From: Callorhinchus milii
Taxonomy: Eukaryota
Reading direction: 5' to 3'
Assembly (NCBI RefSeq): GCF_018977255.1
Contig: NW_024704746.1
Location: 23,622,001 to 23,686,000 of the forward strand
Length of the DNA stretch: 64,000 bases
A model generated the notes under the pieces. It searched no databases. It had not been told where the DNA came from and saw only the letters and a program-made list of their open reading frames with translations. The first letter of the stretch is position 1; each line of letters starts with the position of its first letter. Below are positions 49,545 through 63,222 of the stretch, piece by piece. A program made the translations under genes and the position numbers.

Positions 49545-50963
49545 AGCCCACCCAGATCATCCACACTGCCTTCTCCCTTCACCACAACTCCTGCCACTCT
49601 CCACTCCTCCTACTCCTTTACCCCCAAAACTCCCTTTTCCCTCTCAACCACTATCACCCGAATGAAGTTCACCACCTATTACCTTGATGCCCTCCCCACC
49701 CAACTGCTGGTCACTCAACTCCCCCTTCTCTCCCCCACGCTGGCCGACATGGTTAACCAATCTCTCTCCTCAGGCTCTGTTCCACTTCCCTTGAAAACCG
49801 CTGTCATCACACCACTCCTCAAAACCCCATCCTCGATCCCTCTAATCTCTCACACTACCGTCCCATCTCCAACCTGCCCTTCCTTGCCAGAGTCCTGGAA
49901 CACATTGTTGCAGGTCAACTTTGGTCACACCTCTCCCTCCACTCCCTCCTCGAGCCCCTGCAGTCTGTATTTCTCAAAGTCACAAATGGCATTCTCTCTA
50001 TCTGTGACCAGGTCTCCCTCTGCCTCCTTGTCCTCCTGGATCTCTCTACCACGTTCGACACAGTCGACCACGCCATCCTCCTCCATTGGCTCTCCTCTCT
50101 CATCTAACTTAGTGGGACCCCACTCACATGGTTTGAGTCCTACTTAACCAACTGCCTCCATTTCATCTCAGCAAATGGTTTCTCCTCCCACCCCCGCCTG
50201 GTCACCTGCGGAGTAGCCCAGGGCTCCATCCTTGGCGTCTTCTTCTCCTTATCTCTATGCTCCCTCTGGGTGATGACATCCGCAGACACAGGGTAAACTT
50301 CCACAGGTTTGTGGATGACACACAAATCTACCTTGCCTCCTCCAGCACCAACCGTACCTCACCCCGAATGCAGGCGAAATCCTCGTGTGTGTGTTTGTCA
50401 CCTCCCACCTGGATTACTCCCAACGCACCCCTCGCCGATCTCCCCATCTCCACCATTCACAAGATCAGCTCATTCAGACTCTGCCGCCCATAAACTGACC
50501 CCAACCAAACCCCACACCCACATCTCCCCAGCTCTGGCCCAGGCTCCACTGGCTCCCCATCACCCAACACATCGGTTTCAACATCCTCATATTCGTGTTC
50601 AAATCCCTTCACTCTCTGGCCCCTCCCTCCCTCCCCGACCTCCTGACTCCCCAATCCACCACCCGGGGCCTCCGCTCGACTGGCACCGGATCCTGCTCGT
50701 CCCTCGCACCTCCGCCCCACCATCGGAGGTCCCGCTTTCAGCCACTACGCCCCAAACCTCTGGAACTCTCTCCCTCAATCCCTCCGTCTTGCCCCCTCTC
50801 TCCCATCTTTCAAGTCCCGCCTGAAGACTTTCCTCTTCGCCCGTGCTTACGGCCACTTCCCCCCGCCCACCCTACACCGGCTCGGATTCAGGCTCCGCCA
50901 CTGTTAAGCGCTCTGAGATGCTACCCTGCATGGAGGGCGCTATATAAGTGCAAGTTGTTGTTG
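49545..50963 (+). mobile_element. L2 LINE, degenerate reverse transcriptase to 3' tail
   Basis: peptides LKTAVITPLLK, YRPISNLPFL, LLDLSTTFDTVDH, GVAQGSILG, FVDDTQIYL; frameshifts and deletions; (TTG)n end. Confidence 0.93.
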
Positions 50964-51437
50964 ATGTGGATTGACTGGACACTGAATTTTGAATGATAGT
51001 TTTGGCCTGCGCTTGCACAACTTGTAATCCAGGATTGTTTCGACCTCACGTCTCACTGTGCACAATGTTCACACAACTAGCTCTAGAAATGCCATAACCA
51101 ATTTGAGGCCATTACTCGATGTGTGTGTGAACAGCTCAGGGTACAGCAATCCCCAACCAGTCAGGCTGATAATTTCTTAGTGCGACTTCTTTCCTTAGGA
51201 CTGCTGTGTGTAAATTGGCTGCTGCATTTAAAATCCACGGACACTACAATTTATAGCAAATCCTGTGAAGCTCTTTGAGACACCCTGCCACTGTGATAAG
51301 ACGCTCCACCAAATACAACGTTCATTTTGGACTGCTTTTTGATACATTACAAAGGAGAAACTTAAAAATTAACAGTATGTATAGAAACAAGGGAACATAG
51401 ATAAGTGCTGGTATTTGGGAAAATAAGGAAAAAAAAA

Positions 51438-51830
51438 CTTGGATTTGCACTCACATTACCATGTCAAGCTATCCCAAAGAGCTGTTCAAGTACTCGGTGT
51501 CAAGTGTAGTGACTGGTTTAATGTAGTAGTCATTTGCGCTAGTAGATTTCCACTAGCAGCCATGAAGTGAATGAAAGGATTGTTTGTCAGCTCACCAGGG
51601 CAAACTCCCATTTCTTCTCAAAACATGACGTGGGACCTTTAACAACCATCTGAACAGGCAGACAGGACCTTGGTTCTGACCTCTCAACTGGAATATGGCA
51701 CCTACATAACACCACTCGGGGAAGGAAGGCTGTGTGCTAGAATGCCACCCAGACTGTGAGCTAAAGCCTTGACAAAGAGCCTGAGCCCACAGCCTTCTAA
51801 CCCAGAGATAAGAGTGCTACCAATTGAACG
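51438..51830 (-). mobile_element. old near-full-length DeuSINE (SacSINE1/AmnSINE1-like)
   Basis: gggacctttaacaaccatctgaacaggcagacaggaccttggtt...ggcacct and ccttctaacccagagataagagtgctaccaattga resemble the remembered reverse-complement Deu domain and tRNA head. Confidence 0.65.
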
Positions 51831-52484
51831 AGGTTAACACGTTCAGGAGTGTGTGATGAAGGATTGACACAGCAAGGAACTTCACCACATCAGCCCCACG
51901 CACTGCTGGGGAAAGGTCAGCCAAAATAAGCCAATGTGCCTCCACATGGCATGTTTCCAACAGGGTTGCTACTCTTTGGCAGTGACTTTTTAATTCAAAA
52001 ATCATTCATATTAATGTGTCAATTCCCAACAAATCTTGCCTTGGCGTTGCAGTTCCTAATCGTAAACCCTGGGGTGGTGTTTGAACTGTGGAAGATTACC
52101 TCTACGGCACTTAAACAAAGTGGTCTATAAAACAAAACTGGAGCATGCTTTACTTCAACTCTTGGTGTGATCTTGGTGTGGGGCCAATTTTTACCTTTGG
52201 CAGTCAAGGGTTTCATTCACACAGTGGTTCATATTGAACCTGAACTATTGGCCAAAAAATAAATAAGCTTGTAACGTTCTTATTTCAATACTTTCCTGAG
52301 CCTGCTGAACTCAGAAATGTTTCTGCGGTCTCGCTCAATAATTGAAGACAGATGGAAAAATAACAGGACCCGGTGTAAGGTTCCCCGCTTCCCTGGTGTG
52401 AGTTTGGCAACATCACCCAGTTCTAACAATTAGTTTACAGACTTTATTCAGGCAGAGAAATGCCAAGGAGCACTTCAGAGAATA

Positions 52485-52628
52485 TGTTGCTGTGCGCAAT
52501 TGGATCCCTCCCACGTTTCGCCCACAAAATGTAAAGTCAATTCACTTGACAGTATATCCTGTGAAGCGCTTTGAGACTCCTCGAAGACGTGGATAACCCG
52601 CTATCTCAAATGCAAGGATTATTATTAC
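52485..52628 (+). mobile_element. SINE 3' fragment
   Basis: SINE tail match. Confidence 0.8.
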
Positions 52629-53494
52629 TTCTTAGTATATTCCTGGTAAATACCCATTCGGAGCAACGGAAATGAGTTTGGTTTAGCGGTAAAGGAAGCT
52701 ACATAAACTGCGGGATTCAGACGGGAGGGCAAATAATTGCACGGAAGCAGCAAAGGTTTGAAAGAGCTAACGCACCACATCATCGGATCAAATGAGGTGG
52801 ACTTAATTCACTCATTAATCAACTCGGGCTGTTTTTTTTAATTCCTTTAGGGAAAAAGTTACGAAAGGGCCAGAGAGGAAGGGAGAGTTAAATGGCAGGT
52901 CTTATGGTGGTACTTGAAATGAGTGGAAGTCCTGTACTCTTGACTGAGCAGGTCTGCTTTCAATAATTTTTAGAAGAGTCCCAATCATAATTAGAATCTT
53001 GCTGCAGAGGATGTGAGAAAGGCAGTACAGTAGGGGCTGAATATGAATGCAAGCTCTTTTGTGAGCGTTGTCTTGTATTGAGCTAACCCTAGCACTGAGA
53101 AAAACCTTCAGTGTCCGGGGGGGGGGGGGGGTTGTGTCGGCATCAAAGCCACATTGTTCGAGGCTCCAGGGGTGATGGCGTGAGGTGCTTAGGAATGGCA
53201 TTTATCAAGAAAGTGCATTGTCCTTCCTGCCTCTCTCTCTGTGGTTGCTCAGGGACTCTCTGACGACTCCATGTGGCTTGCTCCATGTGATACAAGGCCT
53301 TCGCCTTTTTAAAAGTCTGTCCACATGCACTTTGTAAACTCTTCTAAAACATCACTTCAGTGAGCCAGAGAGGGGAGACAGACAGAAAGCCAGAGAGAAG
53401 AGGGGACGCACACACCCACACATACACAGAAAGCCTTGAAGGCGGTGGAGTTTGTGTGTTTGCGAGCCCAGTGTTGGTTAGGAGAAAGTCTGCC

Positions 53495-53499
<5 letters not shown>

Positions 53500-53525
<26 letters not shown>
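53500..53525. repeat. (TA)n microsatellite
   Basis: direct reading. Confidence 0.95.
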
Positions 53526-53849
53526 GGCTGCACAAGCACAGGTTGCTTTCATGCAAAGTTGACAGATGGAGAACTCGGCAATATTTGTAAACCAAAAAAA
53601 ACATGGCTTATTGTCCGATTGGGATCTATAACGAGAGCCAAGTGTTGACTGATCCCGTGCTTTTCCCCCGAGGAATACACGTGTTCTTTTGGTAGAAAAC
53701 CACAACCTTTTTTTTGTAAGTTTCCTGTTGCCTGGGTCACACAAAAAGGGTTCGACGTTAAACTACACGCCAGCAATGGGTTTATTCGCGGTAGGTGAAA
53801 ATCTTACGTCTTTCTTTATGTTCGCTTTCTTGTGAAGCACTAACACTGG

Positions 53850-54212
53850 ATGATAAGGTTGAGGTCTTTAAGGTTCTGAAGGGACTGGATAATGTAGACC
53901 ATAATAAGCTGTTTTATCTTGTGCTGAACAGTAGAACCAGAGGTCACGGATTGAAGAGGGTAAATTCAGAACAAATCTGCAGAGACACTATTTCAGTGAG
54001 CGAGTAGTAACCTTATGGAACAGGCTCCCTAGGGAGATGGCAGAAGTAGAAAATGTTGTTTGTTTCACGAACAAACAAGATAGATTTCTGCTAGAAAATA
54101 ACATCTGAGGAGACATAGTTTGGGACATGACATGTCAAGCGACTGCCAGGATGGTGGATGGCGAACTAGATGGAACTTGGTCCTCTTTCGCTAGCAAATG
54201 CTTATGTTCTGA
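53850..54212 (+). mobile_element. CR1 3' fragment of a second family (its tail also at 11594-11665, minus)
   Basis: VEVFKVLKGLDNVD...RTRGH peptide; tail gcgactgccaggatggtgga...actagatgga is the reverse complement of 11620-11668. Confidence 0.85.
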
Positions 54213-54991
54213 TGTACTTTGTGAGAAGATATGAAAAATAATCTTGCACGGGAATTTGGAGAACAGTATTTCTTTCTGGGAAAAAATGAACGCTGTGTTT
54301 TTATATATTTTCTGCTGAGACAGTTTGAGTGTTGGTTTTTTGGAGCATCAAGTACAGCTGAACAAATGGAATATTTTGCTTCAAAAAAGTTTAGAAGTAA
54401 GGCAGAAGTAACAATCTCGTTGACCTCAATGTTGTCGGAAGGTGGTCTGTGGATGTTATAAGAATGTTATTTTGACGTCTACTTAAAGTGGTGCATGATT
54501 TGAGAGCTTCTTGTACTGGTAAAGCTAATTGGTACAAGTGGCTGCTTTTATCACAAACTAACAGGAAATATGCTACAGACATTGAGATACCGTATGTGAC
54601 CTGTAATAAACATCCTGGAGTGATTATAAGACGGTAATCACATCAAAAGGGTTCAGGTGGATAATGCTTGGAGTCGGGAAAACCTGTGAATGAAAGGAAA
54701 GCAGTAATGTAATTGATTCCACCAATTTATTTGTGGAATAATGAATACGAGAGTAGTTTCAGGGTAGTGATTCCATTAAAATGAGAGAAATCTGGAAGTG
54801 ATTAAAGTAGGAATAATTTAATCAAGGGATTCAGATGATTTTATGAACCAGGAGAATTGTATATTTTATAGCTGTCACCAAAAACCCCAAAAGGAGATTA
54901 TTGCCTTAATAGTCAATCCCATATTTCATCCTTTAATGATATATCATAGTTAGGTTTATGAGGAAGCTTTAGTTAATGGATGGTGTCTGTA

Positions 54992-55140
54992 TTAATAATG
55001 ATAATAATCCTTCCATTTTATACAGCCCCTTATCACGTCTTCGAGACGTCTCAAAGCGCTTCACAGAATATACTGTAAAGTGAATTGACTGTGTATTTTG
55101 TGGGCGAAACGCAGCAGCCAATTGCGCACAGCAACGTCCA
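54992..55140 (-). mobile_element. SINE 3' part
   Basis: SINE body and tail match. Confidence 0.85.
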
Positions 55141-55719
55141 GAATCTATACGTAGTGCTAGTCAGTTATTAGTAATAACACTACAATTCAGTGTGTTTACT
55201 GAAAGTCATTAAATGAGATAGAGCTTCTGCCAGCTGACTGCCGGTCACTCTCCACCTCAAATCTCTGTTGGTCTTAAGTGGCTAAGGTTATCAACTTGGA
55301 CTCAGTTTGAATCATGCTAACAGGAGATAGTTTATTCACTCACCTCTGCTCGTGGGAGTCAAACAGTTACAATGCCTTTACCAGCATTTTTTTGAGAATG
55401 AGAAAGGACATACCCAGAAAAAGCTGGTAACTGCTGGTACCATCATTGTAATTACACTTAGCTGTAAATTCCGGTTCATCCCGTTTGTCCAGCTAGATGG
55501 GCTTCAGTGTATATCCTGTGAAGCATTCTGAGCTGTCCGCCCAACATGAAAAGCGCCGCACATCAAATGTAAGCATTCTAATAGTCCTTGAAGTTCAGAT
55601 AGCGCCTTATCATGTGGCCTAAATGTCTCAAAGCTCTTCCTAGAACGTTACTGTGTTCATAGGTGAAAGCTCCTCTCCCTCTGATCACCATTGTCCCTAT
55701 TCCTCCACAGCAATCTGTA

Positions 55720-55925
55720 ATCAACAGCTGCACATTACATTTACACAGCGCCTTTCACATTGGGAGGACGCCCCAAGGTGCTGTATGGTCAGGGATATGG
55801 ACCCGAGCTGGGGGTTGGAAACAGGAGGGGTGGCGGGTAAGGGGAGGAGGGTTGCCAAAGGCGCAGTTGAAGAGGATGGTTTTGAGACGGGCTTTGAAGC
55901 AGGGTAGGGAGGAAGTGAGGCAAAG
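55720..55925 (-). mobile_element. L2 3' fragment
   Basis: gcgcctttcacattgggaggacgccccaagg tail stem-loop. Confidence 0.8.
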
Positions 55926-57260
55926 TGAGAAATTGAGTATTTCTTGTTCTTACCTGTCGTATGTATCAAGGCTCCAACTGCACGGTGCTGTACTATTACT
56001 ATTAAACTGACTGCCTAAGGAGAAAAACATAACTGGGATTTAGTTATGAGTTAGTGCGCAGGGAAGTTGCCAGAATTGCACCATCAGGAATCGATCAATT
56101 TGTGTTTGAAGCAATTTGTAATGCGGTTTCCTTTCCCACACTACGTGACAGCAAATGGGTGGAAATAAACAAATCATCTGTTACAATTTTGAGACATAAA
56201 GCAACACCACTATGGCACAACGGCTTGGTGTTGCGCTGCGGAATATCTGGAGGAATTGGGACGTGGGTTTAGCCCCGGCTTTCTTCCATATGGCAAGTTG
56301 CTATCCGTGTTTGGATCGTGGGTGGTTTCCCCGCACCCCCTGGTGGCAGCGTTTGCAGCAGCATATAAATTCACTTTACAGTATATTCTGTGAAGCCCTT
56401 TGAGACGTCTCGAAGCAGTGATAAGCCGCTATATCAAACACAGTACCTCAGCGCTGCCCGTGAACACCCTCTGTCACTTGCTGTACAATTGGCATAAACA
56501 CATGAGAGAAGCAGAGCAGAGCATTAAGTGACTGGATACGTGCGTTTCTAAAATTGATCTCCGCTGTGAAGACATCAATATCTTTGTGGCACAGAGGCTC
56601 GAAGGTTGTAACGTAGCAATCTGCCGCACGGTTTCAACCATTGATCCATCTTGTCTAACCGTTCGACTTCCCACTCTAGACATAAAACGTGTACTTATTT
56701 TAAGTGGGTCAACTTCTTTATCTACTGGCTGAACGTATCAGGAGAGAGAAAAAAAGTAATTCCATAGAGTTTGCGGAGGCTTACATGTAGATGGACCCAG
56801 CCAAACATTTTCACCTTGCAACTTCTAATGGGAAAATAAGCGAAAATCATCAAAGTTGTCATTACATTTAGCAGCGAGGGGAATATCAGAGCTTGTTTGT
56901 TATACCCAAGTCTCAGTTTGTGCCCCTTTAACAGAGTCAACTTTGAAATTGGTTAATAGCTCAAGGTCTCCACAGAGCATACAAGTGACTCATTTCATTA
57001 TTTTTGAAATGGAAAGTAATTGCCGCAGTTCTATTCTTTTGACAAACATCACCAGCCTATATAACTTTGTTATTCTTTCTCTCTGCCAAAGGCAACTGCT
57101 CCAGAAACCATTTTATTTCCAATACAATCATAACAAATTAAATGTCAGGCTCAAATCATCTATTCTGAGGGAACGTCTCCAAAGTGCAACTAGAGTTTGA
57201 AATCAAATGAATCTTGTCATTTTTCTCATTCTCCAAACTCAGTAGAATATGTTCAGCCCC

Positions 57261-58130
57261 TTAAGCGCTGACACCATCAGCATCCAAGGCTGCACTCTCC
57301 ACCTCTCAAAGCCAGTCAGGAACCTCGGCGTTTTGTTCGACCCTGAGCTGTCCTTTCTCCCTCACATCCGCACCACAACTGGCACCGCCTTCCATCACCT
57401 CCGGAACATCGCCAGACTACGGCACTACCTCACCCCTCACGCGGCTGAAACCCTGGTTCACGCCTTTGTCACCTCAAGGCTGGACTATGGGAACTCTCTC
57501 CTCGCGGCCTTCCCGCCACCTCCCTCCACACTGCAGGTCATTCAGAACTCTGCAGCTCGTGTACTGTCCCGCACCAGACACCGCGACCACATCACTCCCA
57601 CCCTCGCTCGCCTCCACTGGCTCCCCATCCCCCAGAGGATTGATTTCAAGATCCTCATCCTCACCTACAAGGCCATTCACGGCCTCGCTCCCTCCTACCT
57701 CTCCGACCTACTATCCCCCTACCTACCTGCCCGTACCCTCCGTTCCTCTGGCTCCGGTCTGCTCCACGTCCCCCGCCCCAACCGCCCTACCATCGGTGGC
57801 CTTCAGCCTCTCAGCCCCGAGGCTCTGGAACTCCATCCCCCAGTGCCTTCGCCTTGCTTCCTCCCTTTCCTCCTTCAAGGCCGGTCTCAAAACCTTTCTC
57901 TTTGACCGTGCCTTCAGCTCCCCTCTCGACTCTCTTCCTCCTCCTCGCTCCCTCCCTTCCCTCCCCTCACCCTGACCATTTCCCCCCTCCTCTCTCCCTC
58001 CCTTCCCTCCCCTCACCCTGACCATTTCCCCCTGCTCGGGTCATGACCCAACTGTGCAGCGCCTTGGGACGTCCTCCTGACGTGAAAGGCGCTCTATAAA
58101 TGGAATCTTGTTGTTGTTGTTGTTGTTGTT
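57261..58130 (+). mobile_element. 5'-truncated, well preserved L2 (ORF2 C-terminus, 3' UTR, (TTG)n)
   Basis: ORF 57249-57905 VRNLGVLFDPELSFLPHI...HAFVTSRLDYGNSLL...LHWLPIPQRIDFKILILTYKA; possible TSD ttaag(c/t)g. Confidence 0.95.
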
Positions 58131-60411
58131 AAGTGAGTATGGAGTGTATAATACAGTAAACCTATGCAATAATTCATCTCAGTTAACTTAATCCAGCAAA
58201 GGGAACATTTGTTATTTCCTATTTTTCTCCTCTTTTCAATGCCTATATACGTTACTTGGCCAATCCACAACAATAAAATATTGACTAAACAGAATTATCA
58301 GAGCCATCTTGTTATAACACATATTGATCATTCTTTCTTTATAGTCAGGTGTCGATTGTTACTCAATAAAATTTAAACAGTTAGATGCGCCGTAGTTAAT
58401 ATTTCTGTGATAATGAAACACAATCACTTCTGTGTTTCTGGAGCCTGCTGATCACAAGCGAGCAATCTTATTGATGAGCTCAGATGATATGAAATATGAG
58501 AGCAAAGTGTATTACATGTCTAACCATATTTGGACTTGGCACACACACTGTAAGTTGTATTGTATTGTGATCCCAAGACAGTAATTTCACTGAGAAGAAC
58601 AAACAATGGTTATAAATTATGCCTTGAGATCACTCCAAGCACTACGGGTTTCCAAGTAATATTCCATCAACTGAAGTCCATTTATCTCTAACCGAGATGG
58701 AGATGAAGGACTGAGGCACTTTGGCTAAAATTGAAGATTACCAGAAAGGAGCTACAATGTAGAAGTGGTGTTTGTGTCACGCAAAGCTTGAATTTAAAAA
58801 GCCTCTATAGATTGTTTAAATAAGGGATGATTCGACTGTTTTAATGCCCTGATGAGTTATTGACGAGATAATGTGATGGATCTGGATTTCCAACGTAATG
58901 ATGATATAGATTTATTTTTTCCAGTGTTTATTTTATTACACCCAAGTTGAGTAGAGGGTGAAATCACCTTAAACTCGCAATGAGACGTTGTTTAATCACT
59001 TCTATATAAATGCTCCAGTCTTCTCAATCACATCATGATCTTGAAATCACCCTCCAAGTGATTTTGATGTACTCGAAGGCAGTGCTTGAAACATTTTTAA
59101 GTGTTTGTTTTGATTTTTTCGTACTGTTTGAAATCCACGCTCCTTCCCAATTTCGTTTGTCTTGAAGGCATTATTTTTAAAATAAAAAAACAAAAAGAAA
59201 TGTTAAACACTTGATGTTCACTCTGCTGAACAGTTTAATGTTCAACACAACAATGAATGGATGTACATTTCTCTCTAGACAAAGAACTGTATCCCACAAT
59301 GAGCTGTTGAGTCAACAACATTCAGCTGGTCAAAGACACTGAATCCAATTTGTGTAGACAATTTCCATTACATAATAATAAAAAAATTACAGCTCGGCAT
59401 AAGAGAAACAGTACGAAGCTCATATAGGATTACAGAAAGGAGTTAAATCTCTACTAAGCTTTGAGTCCGCATGAACTCTTTAATTGTAATAATAATGCAT
59501 TAGATGTTTCATTCACTTCTGCTGTGAAGATTTACGTTCTGTAAAGTTCTTACTGAACTGAACAGGATTCCTTTGTTTCCTCTGAGGTCTATTTCCAGCA
59601 GAAATTGTCAAAACAACTGTGTCGCATTGTTTCAATAACAGAGATTGGTTTGGGAATAGAAGTACCTTTGGTAAAGGCAGAGGAATTAGGCTTGAAGTAA
59701 GATCTCACTTTCTGTGAGATAATGAAGGGGCAAAGGGAGAATGGACATGGTTGGAATAATGATGTAGGAGAAGCATGTAATGGACAACAGAGGGCAACAT
59801 TGGTGAGGGTTGTATTTCTTTGAAAATTGTTGAGGTAGGGAAGGTTTTTACCATTAAAATGGTGAGAAGAACCCAGACAGACATGGTTTGATGGTTTTAC
59901 TCAAATTTCTCATTGTCATTTGTCACTTGATATTTTTCTTGAACTTTCTATAGTCCTGCAAAAATTTCCTTGGCCTAATCATCTGAAATGGCTTGACCAT
60001 TCAGGGCACAGGACATATGAGGATCAGGTACAGGAACTTTGATCCAACAAGTCCATCTCTTCTTGATTGCCTTCCTCAATACCCACTTGCTCTACAAACA
60101 CTTATTGCTGTCTCTTCAATGCCTCGTGTCCCCACATTACCCGGCGTGAACATCCCTGTATAAAAGCAAGTCGTGGGTGTTGTATACTATTTGCTACAAT
60201 CTGCATTCCTGGTATTATGTTCCACATAACCCATACCTTTTCTGTGGATTAGTTCCCGCTTGAAACAGGAATGGAAGCAAAGTGAGGGAAACAAAGTGAC
60301 TTGGTGCCTAATCTGCATTATTTCTTCCATGGGTTTCTTTAATACGTAATTGTTCAGTCTTTATTCGGCCTCTTTATTCTCAGTACAAATAGTGGCATTG
60401 ACACAGGTAGA

Positions 60412-60595
60412 CATAAGAACAGGAGGAGGCCGTTCAGCCCCTGGAGCCTGTTCCGCCATTCTATAAGATCAGGGCTGATCTGTACCTCAACTCCAATTAC
60501 CCGCCTTTGCCCCATCTCCCCCATCCCCTGACCTGACAAACATCTATCCACCTCAGTCTTGAAAATGTGAATGAATCCAGCATCGCAGCCTTTTG
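60412..60595 (-). mobile_element. CR1 3' tail
   Basis: acataagaacaggaggaggccgttcagcccct start. Confidence 0.88.
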
Positions 60596-60989
60596 GGGGG
60601 AGAGAGAGAGAGGCAACTGGATTCCTTCTTCGATGTGCTTATCATGAATGCTGTTGCGCATTAATTAATGTTTTTCTGCACCAAGAAATTAGCCCAGCCT
60701 GGCGTCCTTTTCCCCTTCACAAGCAGACATTAGTGGGACTGCGTGGAGGAAACAGATTGTGCTGCCTCCCAGTTATGTGCAGAAATTAGGGCCTGTCAGA
60801 TCCCGGCAGTGCAGCGTGCTAATTGAATGCTGTGGTTAAATGCACAGCACGCTTGACGCCACCCTCTGACAACATGAACAAATGCAAAATGACATTTACA
60901 TTTTTTCGGGGTGGGGAGGGAGGGAACGAGAGCTGTTATTGGCGCCTGATATGGGAACTGAATCCTTCCGAACGCCATTCATTCATAAT

Positions 60990-61082
60990 CCCCCCTCCCT
61001 CTCCCCCCGGCTCGGTGTCAGACTCCGCCACTGTCAGGCGCTCTGGGACGCTACCCCACGTGAAAGGAGAGTTGTTGTTGTA
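60990..61082 (+). mobile_element. L2 3' tail
   Basis: matches 42810-42912. Confidence 0.75.
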
Positions 61083-62027
61083 GTAAATAAAGAACACTGG
61101 ATGCCCCTCCCTCTCAGAGACAGTCTGTACAAATCTGAATATCACATCTTTCAGACTTTCAGAATCCAATTGTTAGCGTCCCGTTTGGACATTTAGAATA
61201 ACTCTCTCAGATTGCTGAGGACCCTTTAGCATTTAAATTAAAAATATTTTCTCATTTGAAAAAAAGCGCTTTCAGGTGCAGATTTGGTGCAGAATAGCTG
61301 ATAGGATCGTACTACAAACAGGGTAATTGGCCCTTAGATGGATATTTATAAATAGCTTCCATTTAATCACAACTACAAAACATAGGTTTTATTTTGCAGT
61401 CGAAAGCAGTGCTTGCAATGGGGGGGTAGATGATTGAAACCATAATACGGGCAGCCCTGGCTAATAGCATATTTTTTATTCCCACCGTTCCTGTAAGTTC
61501 ACCTTCACAATAATTGAGTGTGGAAGGCAGTAAGGTCAAGACTGTAGCAATTTGTAATTGAAGTCATCAATAATAACTTCAGGTCAGAAACAGCAAACTC
61601 TGCTGGTAACCAGAAATATATTATTCCAATCCAGAACTACTTGGGATTAGAAAAAAGTGTTGCCGACAGTGACTGATGCACCTCCACTTGCCAAAAACAT
61701 CGGTTATTAATGATTGAATTGCTACAATTTCTACCTTAATATCACATCAATAATAACACAGGGATAGTATTATGATAGTGATGGCATGAGAGAGCCTTCA
61801 CTGTAGCCCCCACCCCTCCATTGGTGACCTGCACTGATTCATCATCAGACTCCATGTCATTGGGTTTGCCGCTCACGTCACTTTCTGTGCGCTTTCCGCA
61901 GGAAGTGACCCAAAAGGCAGCTCGTGCTCCCAGCGGTCTTGTGCACACGGCAACAGCGAGTGGTTTTGGCAGCGACTTGACTACCCAAGACACCAGCCAT
62001 GGTCACCCACCTGGTTTAGAACATGGA

Positions 62028-62290
62028 GCCTGCCCAGCGCTGCCCTGCCCAGCCCTGCCCCGCCCTGCCCAGCCCAGCGCAGCCCTGCCCTGCCCAGCCC
62101 AGCCTTGACCAGCGCAGCCCCGCCCTGCTCCGCCCTGCCCAGCCCTGCCCCGTCCAGCCCTGCCCCGCCCAGCCAGGCCCTGTCCAGCCTTGCCCAGCCC
62201 CGCCCTGCCCAGCCCCGCCCCGCCCTGCCCTGCCCAGCCCTGCCCAGCCTTGCCCTGCCCAGCCCTGCCCAGCCCTGCCCCGCCCTGCCG
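62028..62290. repeat. pentamer array (GCCCA/GCCCT/GCCCC)n, G-rich on the minus strand
   Basis: about 50 contiguous pentamers. Confidence 0.95.
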
Positions 62291-63222
62291 GCTGTAATCA
62301 GACTTTCCTCTCTCGGGGAGATCAGATGTGAAAAATGATGAGAGGTGTAAAGGGAACAGGACATTTTCTCCTTTGAGAGCAGAAGAAAACTGCCAACAAG
62401 CAAGGCTACTGATGATGCATTAATTAACTCCCTTAAAAACAAATACTAGATGTATGTTTGCTCCTCTGGCTTTCCCTCTTGTGACACAGAGTAGCCCACA
62501 CGGTCTCCCACTGTTGGTTTGGCTAAATTGCAATGGCAGGAGTCCGGAGTAAGTTCCCCAAGTTCTACAGCACGGAAGGCTGGAGCACTCACATGCCCTT
62601 CTGCATTGCCACCCAAGATGCTCCTGTGGTTTGTGAATATCCCGACTACTTGAGAACTTACTGATCTCCTCTACCCTTTTTGCAAGTAATGGCATTTGCT
62701 CCGGCTGCCGTGTTAGTGGAAGGATATCTCAGAAGCTGCAGCAAAGAATGAACATTTCATCGGCCCGAGTGTCTCTCCTCGAGACCCTGATTCACACACA
62801 GAGCCGTACAAAACACTGCTTTTAATGCAGATGAGAAAAGAAGTCAGGCCAGAGAGCTGCGTGGGATGAAACAAAAGACAGATTGAGAAATTGGAAACAG
62901 GGGATGTACACACTGACGTAATTCACTGGCTTAGCCTTCCAGAATGGCCAAAAAGTAGAAAAGTAACCCCCTGATGGTTAGTAAATCTACTGTTGCAACA
63001 CTTGGGACTGATCCCCTCACACAGGGACTGTCTGATGTATCACCTCTCCTTTCACACAATGCTGCTCCGCAGCTTAACAGTGCTACAGTGCATAGACAGT
63101 TTTGTTAAAGTCTCCTTCATCTTCAATCTCTCTCAGATCCTGTGCACCCTCCCTTCCGCAGAAGGGTTCGCTTTTCCAGAGGTAATAATTCCTCCAAAAA
63201 ATAAATAACAAATAAACTTTGT

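Noticed and set aside
57249-57975. 218 aa and 169 aa ORFs as host genes
   Set aside because: L2 ORF2 C-terminus with frameshifts; 5'-truncated retrocopy.
61981-62442. Pro/Cys/Ala- or Gly/Arg-rich ORFs
   Set aside because: Translations of the pentamer repeat.
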